From: Klebsormidium nitens
Lineage: Eukaryota; Plantae; Klebsormidiophyceae
Reading direction: 5' to 3'
NCBI GenBank assembly: GCA_000708835.1
Contig: DF237432.1
Span: 1 to 64,000 of the forward strand
Length of the DNA stretch: 64,000 nt
How positions within the stretch are numbered: the stretch's first letter is position 1; every line of letters begins with the position of its first letter. This document shows, piece after piece, positions 24,181-35,199 of this stretch. A program made the translations under genes and the position numbers. A model generated the notes under the pieces. It saw only the letters and a program-made list of their open reading frames with translations. It made no database searches and had not been told where the DNA came from.

Positions 24181-27100
24181 CTACTTCTGAGGTAGAGGGC
24201 TGGGAGCAGGGCTGGGAGCGGGGGACTTGGTTTCGACCTTGATTTCTAGAAGCGAGTCGATTACGGTCCGGCATACTGGGCAACGGTTCGTCTGATACCG
24301 CAAGACCTTTGCACACTCTCCGCACATGCACTGCACAACGAGCGGACCACTGTAAGCGTCTGGTTTGGAGGTGACTCAAAAGGGTGAACTTTTTCATATA
24401 AGTGGCAAGGTGGAAGAGTTGGCTGCAACCCTTCTCAGCCGCTTTTCAAGCAACTTATTGGTTGAAAAGGCGGACTGTGCCTACAAATTTCTGACGCCAC
24501 CTCGTAACGGAAATAGCTTAGTGTTTTCTGCCAAAAAACGGAACAAACCCCAAAAAAACACCCTATCCCGGTAAAGGACTGTCTCGAACATCTGTCGAGC
24601 CTTACTGGAAAGATACCCCTCGTTTGTTTCAAACTAAATCCCGCAACCCCCGCCCGAATCTCCTCTGCGGAAGAACGGAGCAAACCTCAAACGAACACCC
24701 AATCCCAGGAAGTATTGTCTTCAATACTTAGTCGAACCTTACTATAAGATAGCCTCTCGTTTGTTTCAAAATCAGAACCCTCAACTCCCGAGAAGCAACC
24801 TGTCTCCATACATAAGAACCCGCTCAAACCCGAGAAGCAACCTGTCTCCATTGATAAGAACCCGCTCAAATCTCCGGCAGAATCTCCATTTCGAGAAGAC
24901 GAACCATAGTTACTGCTTGGACAAAGAAAGAAGAACTCCAAAACTTGACCCCGGCTTATCAGTGAAAGGTCAGCAGTGACGTCAGACACCGCTCACCATA
25001 TGCCTGCACGGCAGGACGGTCGTGTCCCGTGGCTCCGATAGGCAAACAACGCACTCCTTCCCGTGGTCCGTTTCCGAGGTGGCCCCGCTGTTGGACTCAA
25101 TGCCGTAGATCTCCTGCAGCTCGTAGCTGACGCCGTCCACCCAGATCTGCACGGAAGAGCAGACTTAGGTGATCGTTTCGTTGTACTTGTGCTCTTACCC
25201 TGAGCTACAACGTCGTGGTGTGCAGTATGATGCAGCGCTCGTCTCTCTCCGCTCGAAAGTGCATCGGTTGAAACCAAGGATGATGCGAAAATCTAGCAGC
25301 TTTTGAGGTGAACCAATCAGCTGCACAAATCCGGTCCCCGATATGGCGACCAACATTTACTTCCTCGCAAATTGGCCAATCTGACTACCCAAATGTCTAA
25401 ATCACCCTCACCTTCTGCCGCAGCACCTTGATCTTGTATCCTCCGTCTTCCTGCTTGATTATCGTCGCATACGTCGTCTGACTCTGCACCCATCGAGGCA
25501 GCTTGGCGCCCGGCGTCGTGTCTGGCGGGGGCGCGTCCGGCGGAGGGTTCTTTGGCTCTGTTTCTAACCTGAATAACGCAGGGCGATTTTTCGAGTCTAG
25601 TAAACCGTGTGAATTTAGACACAGCTTCCCAACGTTCGAGCCCGGGCTCGAATTAACGCACGTATCTGACATGTCTTAAAGCATTCGTACAATAGCTCTT
25701 TCCGAGGTAAAAACATGAAAAGAAGCTCTTTCCGAAATACAGCCAGGAATGAAATGCGCCATCCCGGACAAAACTTTGTCCAATTTAGACACTGATCAGT
25801 GAGTTGCGATGAAGGATAGGGGGACCGTACTGCCTTCAGTGAACTTGCATCCCTTTCTATGCACGATAAGATTAATGGAGGAGGCGCCAGATAGCATCAA
25901 AATCAACACGGAGAACACAAAACATCTAAATCACGGCGAACAAAGATATGCACACAGCACCACTGGATGTGCAGCGCAAAGCCCCAGCTGTGAGGAACGC
26001 CAAAAGCCTGGCAACCACCAATCCCTCTTAACACGCAGCTAAATGCTAGCTTTTGGTTCTGCCTTCTGCACTTTGAACAAACAGACCGCAGTCTCAAGAC
26101 GCATTCACTTGCTTTCAAATGAAGCACACTCCAGTTAAACCAGCGGAGCTGGCAGACTGCAGCACTTCAACAAGAGTACCATGCGAGTAGCTGGTCTCCA
26201 GAACCTCACCTGATGACAAGCGGGTAGACCCCCCCAGGGCCCTCCTTTGACAGCTCCTCTGAGGTGATATCTGAGAGCTTGATTCCAAGTCCTGCGGGTT
26301 GTACAAACTTCTGGCCTAGCTCCTTTTTGAAAGTAAAGCGGATGGGGGACGGGACGTTAAATCGTACTGAGGTCAGACTGCACGACTCGCCCTCTTTGGC
26401 CATCCAGAGGATGCTGGCACTGCAGGGCAGACAGGGGGTGGCTGTGAGGCGTGCGCTTGATCACTTTGGTGACTTACATTGACCTGAGAAGCATGTGACT
26501 TGAAATCAAAACCTAGGGCTGGGGTTAGTTGAGTGGTTTTGACACGGAGCAAGTCAAACTTGAATCAGGCTGTACAGTTGATGTACCCGGGGTGAACTAG
26601 AACTTGGTTCACACGACCGTAAAGTCACATAAAAGTCACCAGTAATGCTTGTTCTTCGTGGGAGGACTTTGACAAACAAGTAGCTGCACCGTGTCTGAAT
26701 GATCGATACTACTCCAGCTATGAGACACTTTTGAAAAGGGTTTCTGGTTGCAAGTCATGCTGATGCTAAGCAGAGAGCCAGCAGTAACAGCCAGTGTTTC
26801 TGAATCAGCAGCTGGTTACAGAACTTGTCACATTCCATCCAGCTCAATCCTGACAAGAGCTGATTGGCAAGGGAATTGACCAACGACTGAAGAAGCAAAA
26901 CAATCAATGCTTGCCCCAACGTATGAGCAGATCCACTCGGAAAAATATAGATGAGAAACAAACGAAGCTTGAAATTCTCAGCTCAACCAGCCAGACACTT
27001 AGAAGCAGATCAGTGAAGAAAGCTGAACTTTGATTTCAAGAGGACAGGGTTTTCTCCTCGTTCTGCAAGTGACACCTCCAAGAATATATGGATAATTGAG

Positions 27101-27689
27101 TAGGAACACCAGAAACCTTGAGAGCTCCCCTCTCCAGACCTTTCTACAGATCAACCCCAGTCCTCCTATTGGCACTATGATGACATCAGCGATCCCCTCA
27201 CCTGCCAGCCAAGGATGCGTCCAGCGAAAACGCAACAAGCCAACACCCAGGGTTCGCTTCGTCCTTTTCCAGCCTGAGAGACTGTTTCTTTAAGTTTACG
27301 TCATTCCTGATGGGCGCCGTCCGCTGGGGCTCCTGCACAGCAACTGGCATGGGAGGGGGGGGCAAGTAACTCTGAGGTGGGGGTCTGATTGCACCCCCCC
27401 CGGTATAGAACTGTCCATTTGTTGGAGGGGGATAGGGATACGGGCTATACGGGTTATATGGAACAGGACCGTAGTAAGGGGCGGCTGCTCTTGGATGAGG
27501 GTAAGGCTGAGGGAAAAATTGGGGGGGCCCAGGTGGAGGCGCGTATGGGTTGTGCCTGGGAGGGGAATTTGGGGGGGCAGTATTAGGGTTTGCCTGACCC
27601 TGGGGGGATGCCCCGTTGGGGCGTTGTGGTTGTTGTTCAGAGGGCTGCTGCTGCTGAGAGGACTGGTGACGACTTGAACTGGTACCCAT
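24181..27689 (-). CDS. LOG2: LOG2/LUL (MGRN1/RNF157-family) RING E3 ubiquitin ligase
   Basis: Exons 27689-27202, 26419-26210, 25568-25412, 25146-24997, 24330-24181. Features: N-terminal MGTSSS (myristoylation-like), Pro-rich region, DAR2-type [15 protein letters not shown] and [24 protein letters not shown], and [44 protein letters not shown]. Confidence 0.93.
24594..24870. repeat. Intronic direct repeats: a ~40-bp pair with 137-bp spacing and a 42-bp tandem pair
   Basis: GTCGA.CCTTACT..AAGATA..CCTCGTTTGTTTCAAA at 24594 and 24731; CCCGAGAAGCAACCTGTCTCCAT..ATAAGAACCCGCTCAAA at 24787 and 24829. Confidence 0.85.
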
Positions 27690-29217
27690 GGCAGAAACCC
27701 TGCCCTCTTACCAAACGACACCCGCTACCTCTGCTTGTTGGACCCTCTCCTTCCTGACCCTCCCCTATGAAACCTGGGCCCTGACGCCCTTAACCATTTT
27801 GGCTGACCCTAACCCTCGAATCTACCCTGCAGGTGGAGATCAGCAGAAAGCAAACCGAAGCAGGAAACTCCCGGCAAAACCTGAAGAAAACCCTAGACGA
27901 ACAACTTCAGGAGCGGGATTGTTTCAACAAGCAGGCTTGATGTGCCCTTGTTTAACGCTCCTTGTGCAGATCCACAAGGTTCCTATGCTGCTTCCCGATG
28001 AAGCATCAACCGCCACAAGAACGAAACCCCGATCTGCCGCCTTTCCTAGGCATCATCCGAGTGCATGGTCCTTCAGAAGTCCTCCCCTCCATGCATTGGC
28101 ATGCACTGCCAAAAGTGGCCGCCTCTTTAATTCGGGCGCTCCGCATCTTCCGCAAGGCTGGGAAACTTCGCCAAGACCTTCAAGTTCTAGAAGATCTTGC
28201 TGCTTCCTGATGCCCGGGTGGCTCCTTTGAAGTACACGGTCAAAGGGGTCACCCGGGACCCCGGCCAAGCTAGAAGTTCTGAGCACAGTTCAGTTCCACC
28301 TCCAAATTGTGAAGGTGTGACTTTCCACCTAATACACCACCTGGGGCCATCACCCGGGCCCCCGATCAAGCTTCCCCGGGCGGGTTGTTTCTTATTCTGC
28401 TCGGCCCGGGCTGGACGCGCTGGAAAGGGAGCGCTCTCGCTCGGGACTTTCAACTTTAGACAGCTTCCAAACTTCAGCTCAGCTTGTCAGCTGCGTCCAA
28501 TTATGCGCAGCAATGGTGGTGAAAAGTATCCTAGAAATCGTCTCCTGCTGTTGCTTCGAAAAACTGGTCCAGCCTGATTGTGCATAGCATGGGCCCTCAC
28601 ATGAGCTCTGTAGCGGCAAGCTGCATCATGAGGTTTCGTTCCGCAAGCGGTGCATAGCGAGAGCCTTTTCATCATAGTGTCGACAGATCCACAACAAGCT
28701 TAGCCTCTTTGGGCGTCCTGGCAGACAAAGATTCCGGTTGAAGAGCTGTGTCTGACTCCAGATCAAGACCTTCAATGAGCTGAGGAGGTTCAGCACACCA
28801 GCATTGACATGTGAATCAGTACACAGTGCACAACCTTACACCGGCTAAACTCTTCCAGTAAGCAGCCACGAAGGCGTTCTTGCGTAATTGAACCACTACA
28901 TCTTTCAGTTACATGATTAGTCATTTGAGCTTTGTGTTTGGCAGTCAAGATCAATCAACTTGAGGCAAGGATACTTGGTGTTGCTGACAAGGCTAAAACC
29001 TTGTGCTTCTTTCATTGCCCTAGAGGAGCATTACGATCACTGGGGCTGACCTTATGAGACGATCACTGCAATTGCGGCGCTGTGAGCATAATCAACATCT
29101 GGGGAACTACAAGTCTCAGGTCCTTTGTTGCTGGCAAGCTTCTTACTTCCTTCTTCAAACCTCTGCAGGCTGGTGCCTTGTGAGAGGCTCTAGCCCCCCA
29201 AAACTTGCCCCAAGAGG

Positions 29218-32200
29218 ATGAGTGCCTCTGTCGCCCTACAGACTCTGTTGACTCAGACGTTGGGCATAGCAGTGCCGGTCATCAATGCACCGATGGCTGG
29301 GAGGCCTAGTGAGTGCCCTTTGCCCCACCTTGAGAGCACCTACACATTAAATTCCCTTCCCACCTTGAGAGCACCTACACATTAAGTTAAGGGAATTTTA
29401 AGGACTTCAAAGCTCCTTGCACATTTCCACATAAAAAGCTCTACACGCGGACCTTGGTGACTTGTCTGAATCTTAGAAGGTTTAGGGACACTGCTATGGC
29501 TAACTGAAGGCACTGCGAAGATTGGTCAATGGCCATGGTCACCACTCAAGAGCCTATCTAACCTGATTTGCAGACCACAAGTGCTTTGACCAGCCTATCA
29601 GGCTCTATACTGATTTGGAAGCATATACTAAGAGGAACCAAATAAAAATCCGTTTTAAGGACACTTTTCAAGGTCAGCTTCCAATATCACAGTAGGTCGT
29701 TCAACATGCCACTCCTACCAGTGGCTTATCACAAGGCCAAGGCCCCCGCAAATTCCTGCATTGATCTTGGCTTTTAGACGCCACACACGTTCTTTGCTTA
29801 GTTGATTTCCTGGGGTTATGTTTACTTCAAGGTCTGTCTCCTCTTCTGATACGTCATCTGCTTCCAACAATCAGAGCCAGCTGCCGGAGCAGAACTAGTG
29901 GCGGCCGTTTTTCTGTATTCCTACATTAACACGTCATCTGCTTCCAACTTTCAGAGCCAGTCGCAGGAGCAGAACTAGCGGCGGCTGTCGCCAGGGCCGG
30001 GGGCTTGGGTCTCATCGGGGCGGCCGCCTGCACTCCGGTGCAACTGACTGAGGAGTTTGTTCAAGCGCAAGCGTTGCTCGGAGCTGGCGCAGACCCGCAA
30101 CATGCTGGCATCGGGCTGGGGCTAATCAATGCATTCACCGGCCCGGAGCTTTTGCAGGTCAGGTTCTTGCGTTTGAAGTGCTTCGTTTTGTTCGTCTGCA
30201 CAAACCCTGCAGCAAAGCGTCCCTGTGAGAAAATTGAATGGCGAACCTTCTTCTGGACCTCGCTGTAAATGTTTGAACGAGATTGTTTGGTCCGGTGTTC
30301 GTCACTGGCCCCTCCCCAGGACTTTGGACTCGCAAACCTTCGTTTAGACACTTATCTATTGGCTTCAACCAAACTGGTTTGCCAAATGTCTTTGTTAATG
30401 AACCATTCTTCAAACAGGCTGGACTCATTCAAGGACCCTTCTTATCAAAACACACCCGGAGCGTTTCAAAATATTCAGGTCGCCTTCGCGACATCAGCAA
30501 CCGACTCTCGTGTTCTGTGATGCTCTAAATCCAGGCTGCCATCGACTGCCAGCCCCGTGCCATCTGGCTCTCCTTCGGTCCATTCAAGGAGCTGGCGCCC
30601 CCTATCAAAGCCGCAGGCATCAAGCTGATCTGTCAGGTGCAAACGCTGGAGCAGATTGGTGACGTGTTGCCACTCGGCGCTGACGTCATCGTAGCTCAGG
30701 TGCGCCCCTCCGTTGCCAGATGAGACACGAACACTGCGCTTAGGAAGTATCGACTTCAGTGCCTCAATTGAATGAGAGCCGACTTGAGGTGAACTCAAGC
30801 TTTCCATTGAATTGGTCTTTGACTCATCAGTAAAGAAACAAGTCCTGCCTTTGATATCAAATTTTGAGTCTCCTTGTTCTCTGCTTGTCGAATACATCCA
30901 CATCCAAACGGCGTCTCTTTGGGCTCATTCGCACTCCCTAAGACCTCGAGACTTCTCAGGTTTGCACGTGGACCCGTCCGACTTCAGGACAACTGATCCG
31001 TTCGAGGCGTCTCATCTCTACTGCATTCAGGGTCATCTCGTATCTCCTGCTATCAATATAGATCTCTCATCCTTAGAACCCGAAAGGTTGATCATTTGCC
31101 TCTGAGAAAACCAATGGTATCTGTAACACTTGGACATACACTTCAAGCATCGAGTCCTCTGTGCAGTCAATCATCTGGGAAGCCTTGTGGGCATCAGGAT
31201 CTCGGAACCGTTCATCGATGGCAGCAACCCCAGATTCAGCCCTTCCGGTCGTACGATGCCGTTTGCTCATTGTCTCCGCCAACTTCAAACACGGACCCGA
31301 AGTTCGCCGGCGACGTCTCGATTTCACTGTGGGCGTCGCCATTCCCGGATATTTGTTTTGACTCATCTGCCCACAAAAGGACTCTTGTATTTGGAATGCA
31401 AAAACTTGAGTACTACTTCTGTTGAATTGTCTGCGCAGAGTTACGAGTCGGGGGGCCATGGCGCCAGTCACGCTACCACCTTCTGCTTCGTTCCCGAGGC
31501 TGTGGACTTCGTCCGGGAGCAGTGTGAAAAGGCCGGACGGCCCCCCGTCCCGGTCGTCGCGGCTGGCGGCGTGACCGACAGTCGACAGGTGAGCCTATTC
31601 ACATCTGGACAGGTTTTCTGCCCTTTGTGTTGAAAGGCCCGACCATTTGCGTGCTGGTCACTACGGACAGCCGACAAGTGACACCGTCCAATATGGTCAA
31701 GGCGATTGGGCAGTGTAAAAAGGCCGAACGACCGCCCATATCGGTTTCAATACTATAGAAAGGGGGCCAAGATGCCCGACAGGTAAGCTCGACAAAATTT
31801 TCGTCCCCCGAGAGGCTTCTGGTCGCGGTGTGAAGAGGCTAGATTGCTTTCAATGCTCAACTCGATCGCTGCAGCCGTTGCAGACAGCTGGCAGTTGACC
31901 GCAGAACACTGCAAGACCTTTGAGTGTGCGTGGTTGCAAACCCGGCTGGTTTGCGTTTCACTTTGAGAGAAAATTTAGATCCGTCTGTAAACTTCAACGC
32001 CTTCGCATCCTGGTCACTTGAAAAGAATCCTATCGGATTACTTCTTTGAAAGGTCCTTGCAAAGCCGAGCATTCTAGCACCTACTGCATCCAGTTCCTGG
32101 TTCTATGGGTGAAACACATCTGCTCACGCCGATCTCCGAACCACTTCCACCGCTTTGACCCGCCCTGAATCTGACGTTTCCGTTTCCGCTCTCTCCTTTT

Positions 32201-33283
32201 TCCTTTAACCTCCGCTATCCTCACTGGCAGATAGCGGCCGTCCTCGCTCTGGGGGGCGACGGCGTAGTGCTGGGCACGCGGCTCCTGGCCACCCCCGAAT
32301 GTGGATCACGCGCTGAGGAGAAGGAGGCCGTCGCGGCCGCGGGTTCGGACGCGTCCGAAACGCCAGCGACGGTGCGGACACGGCTGTACGACGACCTGAG
32401 TTCGCTGCCATGGCCACAAGTATGTACGGCTCTTCTTTATCTCATTCGGGACTTAAGGTTGCACGTTTTGATTTGTTGGTTTTGGGGTGCAATTGTACGG
32501 TCTTCGCTTTGTCACGAGGAACCCCTCGGACTTCCAGTTCGGCTATCCAGATTTTGGTTCTGCATACCAGTCTGTGATTGTATAGCAGATAAAGTCAGGT
32601 TCTCTGCTGTTCCAGTTCGTTCCGAAAGCTGTTATGTGCCATTCACTTCCGAGTATCTTCCTTGTCAATCTTTTACATGAGAGGCGCTCCTCGCTTTCTT
32701 TTTCCGAAGCACAAAGAAGCCAAAGCTGGCTTAAAGGCGAAACAAGATGGCGGACGCTTACGTCAGCATGGGTCCTTCGACCCGTTTGCAATGAGTCGGG
32801 TTCCGTTCAGGAGGCATTTGCTGTCTAGCGAGTTCTCGCAGTCCGTGCCGTCAATATCCAACCAAATGAAACGAAGAAAAGAAACAGAAATACGCGCTGC
32901 ACGGAAGCAAAAGACATTGGGACGAGCGGCAAAGAAAGCCACAGACATTCCGAGCCGAGAAACGAAAAGCACCACCGATCAAGCTCAAGAATCGTCCATC
33001 ACTTCTTACACAGGAAGTGAACGGCCGCCTCCTTCAAAACAAGTTCATCGCCGACTACGGGGCCCGATTGGCCGGCACTCCCCCGGCAGAAAGAGAGACA
33101 GTGAAAGCCGAGGCCATCGAAGTCCTCAAGCGGAGCGACTTCGACCGTGACGTCTCTGCGGTGTACTGCGGGGCGGGGGTCGGGCTGGTGCGCAAGATAG
33201 AACCGGCCGAGGTGCTGGTGACGTCACTTGTGACGGAAGCGAAGGCCCGGTTGCAGAGACTCGGTGCGGAGTTGGCAAAGTGA
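29218..33283 (+). CDS. Nitronate monooxygenase / 2-nitropropane dioxygenase-family FMN TIM-barrel enzyme
   Basis: Exons 29218-29308, 29955-30157, 30535-30699, 31439-31588, 32231-32419, 33014-33283. Motifs: LGIAVPVINAPMAG, AELAAAVARAGGLGLIG, GADVIVAQSYESGGHG (catalytic His), PVVAAGGV.D, LALGGDGVVLGTRLLATPE, YCGAGVGLV..IEPA..LV. Confidence 0.92.
29333..29400. repeat. 27-bp direct duplication joined by a short inverted templated filler
   Basis: CCCACCTTGAGAGCACCTACACATTAA-ATTCCCTT-CCCACCTTGAGAGCACCTACACATTAA-GTTAAGGGAATTT. ATTCCCTT is the reverse complement of the downstream AAGGGAAT. Confidence 0.85.
29851..29990 (+). repeat. 80-bp tandem duplication spanning the acceptor of nitronate monooxygenase exon 2
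   Basis: ACGTCATCTGCTTCCAAC..TCAGAGCCAG..GC.GGAGCAGAACTAG.GGCGGC at 29851 (decoy) and 29931 (real). Confidence 0.9.
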
Positions 33284-33900
33284 CCGGTGGGCTCGGCAGC
33301 GGCGAGCCCTTGTGCGTCACGGTCGTGAACCTGTAACATAGAGCTATGTATGCAGAAATATGGCATTACGATGGGCGATCACAGTGAAGATGAGTTTTTC
33401 TTGACGATAGGTCTACAGTCCAGGCGGATAATACGACTTTGACTTGCTTTAGGGTGTAGCATGGCCGGAGAATTTTGGATAGCGCACAGAACCGGCTTTA
33501 AGACAATCACTATGCCTCACGAATGGCCTTCAAAATTATATCGGGGGCTCGAGCAGTTTTGATATGCTCGCAACATATCAGGTAGTTTTGATATGGCCTT
33601 GTAATGGCACAACATTGATCCTTGTTAAGTCGGAATTTGGCATCCCCATGACATGCTTGAAGCTTGTCACAGTCTAATTGAAGGGCTTTTCGGCCGTTTA
33701 CAGGGCCGCCTGGGTTGGCTGGCAGTACTCTGATTGTATCCAGATTGTCAATCACATGCGGTGGTTATGCGAACGGGCATTTGCGAAGCTGCAAACTTTT
33801 CAAACTGAATTAATGCTGTGTGCCTAGGCGGCCGCCGGGCACAGCAGTGCACCTTGCATGCCGGCCAGCTTGACGGTTCATGGGGCGGCAGATCGTCCGA

Positions 33901-33942
33901 CATGGCTTCAATGGCTTCATGGCTTCAATGGCTTCATGGCTT
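33901..33942. repeat. (ATGGCTTC[A])n microsatellite-like array
   Basis: Five consecutive ATGGCTT units. Confidence 0.85.
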
Positions 33943-34090
33943 GTGGACACTGACTCCAACGCAAGATGGAGATCTGTAACACGCGCAGATGCCGTGCGCT
34001 ATGAGGTCGCCGCCGTAACCTCTCGAGCGCTACACACACAAAAGCAAATCGAGACAATCCTATGCCTATCATGCAAGGTCCGGTAGCCAT

Positions 34091-34201
34091 CACCGGAGCT
34101 AGCTAAACACGCACCGGAGCTAGCTACACACACACCGGAGCTAGCTAAACATGCACCGGAGCTGGCTACACTGCACCGGAGCTAGCTACACTGTACCGGA
34201 G
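34091..34201. repeat. 20-21-bp minisatellite, 5 full units and 1 partial
   Basis: CACCGGAGCTAGCTA(A/C)AC.. units start at 34091, 34112, 34133, 34154, 34174 and 34194. Confidence 0.92.
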
Positions 34202-35199
34202 GTAGGAATTATGCTCCAAATTCGAGAGCGGCCACTCGCCACTCAAGGAACCCATTGCTCCGGCTACCATGTGAAAGAGGGTTGCTTTGAAGGGACTTGC
34301 ATGCTAGGAAGGCGCCTCAAGGCGCTACTCTCTCAAGAAGGAAGACCTACAAAAGGTTGCATTAGCAACCTTGGTGTTCAAGGTGTTTCAAAAGTCGGAC
34401 TAGCAACTAGAGTGGGCAGAAATCCGACTCCGGGCACAAATAACTACTTAGTTACTGTAAACCGGCCGCTAACTAGCGACTAACCACAAACCACAAGATA
34501 CAATACGGCCCTGCAGCCATACGGCATGACACAGAGCCCTAGTGACTGTTCCACGAGCTCAGGCTAAGGACACATCATGAGCCGGCGGCCTACTAGCAGG
34601 CTAGGTGCGCGGCGAAAAGCGTAGATGACTGTCGGCTCAGTGGGAGACTAAGAGCTTTGGTTGCCAGCTTGTAGATCCAACCTTCAATGAACGATGATTA
34701 TATGTATGATAATCTGAGTCTGGGCCAGGCTGCCCATGAGGCAACCGGCATCATTACAAACGTAAGTTCGACCATGAAGTGTACGGTATATATACGAATC
34801 ATTGAACAAATGGATCCAGTTGTATTAAGCTTCAAACGAAAACCTGATTACATTGATCCTTCTACACGCCGATTGGACCATTTTCAAAGCTGCGGGCCTG
34901 CATGCTAGCTTTACTTGATCGAAGCAGGTAACGGCTTGATATGAAATGTATACCTTTTGTTAACACTCAGTTAAGCTTTTTTCTAGCTGTTGACACAGGA
35001 CTTTCCGCCTGGACCGGCACCGGTCCAGGCGTCTTTCACGCAAGATGCTATATTATCACAAGGACGGCTCTGCTGGTTTGAGCAATTTACGACAGAGTCG
35101 TCTTAAACCAAGACATCAGAACTCAGTAAGATGCGCAATCCCTGTACCCATAGTTGAAGAGCATTGGTCGCAACCGTCCAAACACCCAAGGACCATTTT

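Noticed and set aside
25620-25660. GTTCGAGCCC resembling a tRNA T-loop
   Set aside because: No acceptor, D or anticodon stems can be folded around it; it is half of an 18-bp palindrome.
27962-28577. Several overlapping 77-126 aa ORFs between the RING and NMO genes
   Set aside because: No recognisable domain or consistent exon chain; more likely promoter or UTR sequence.
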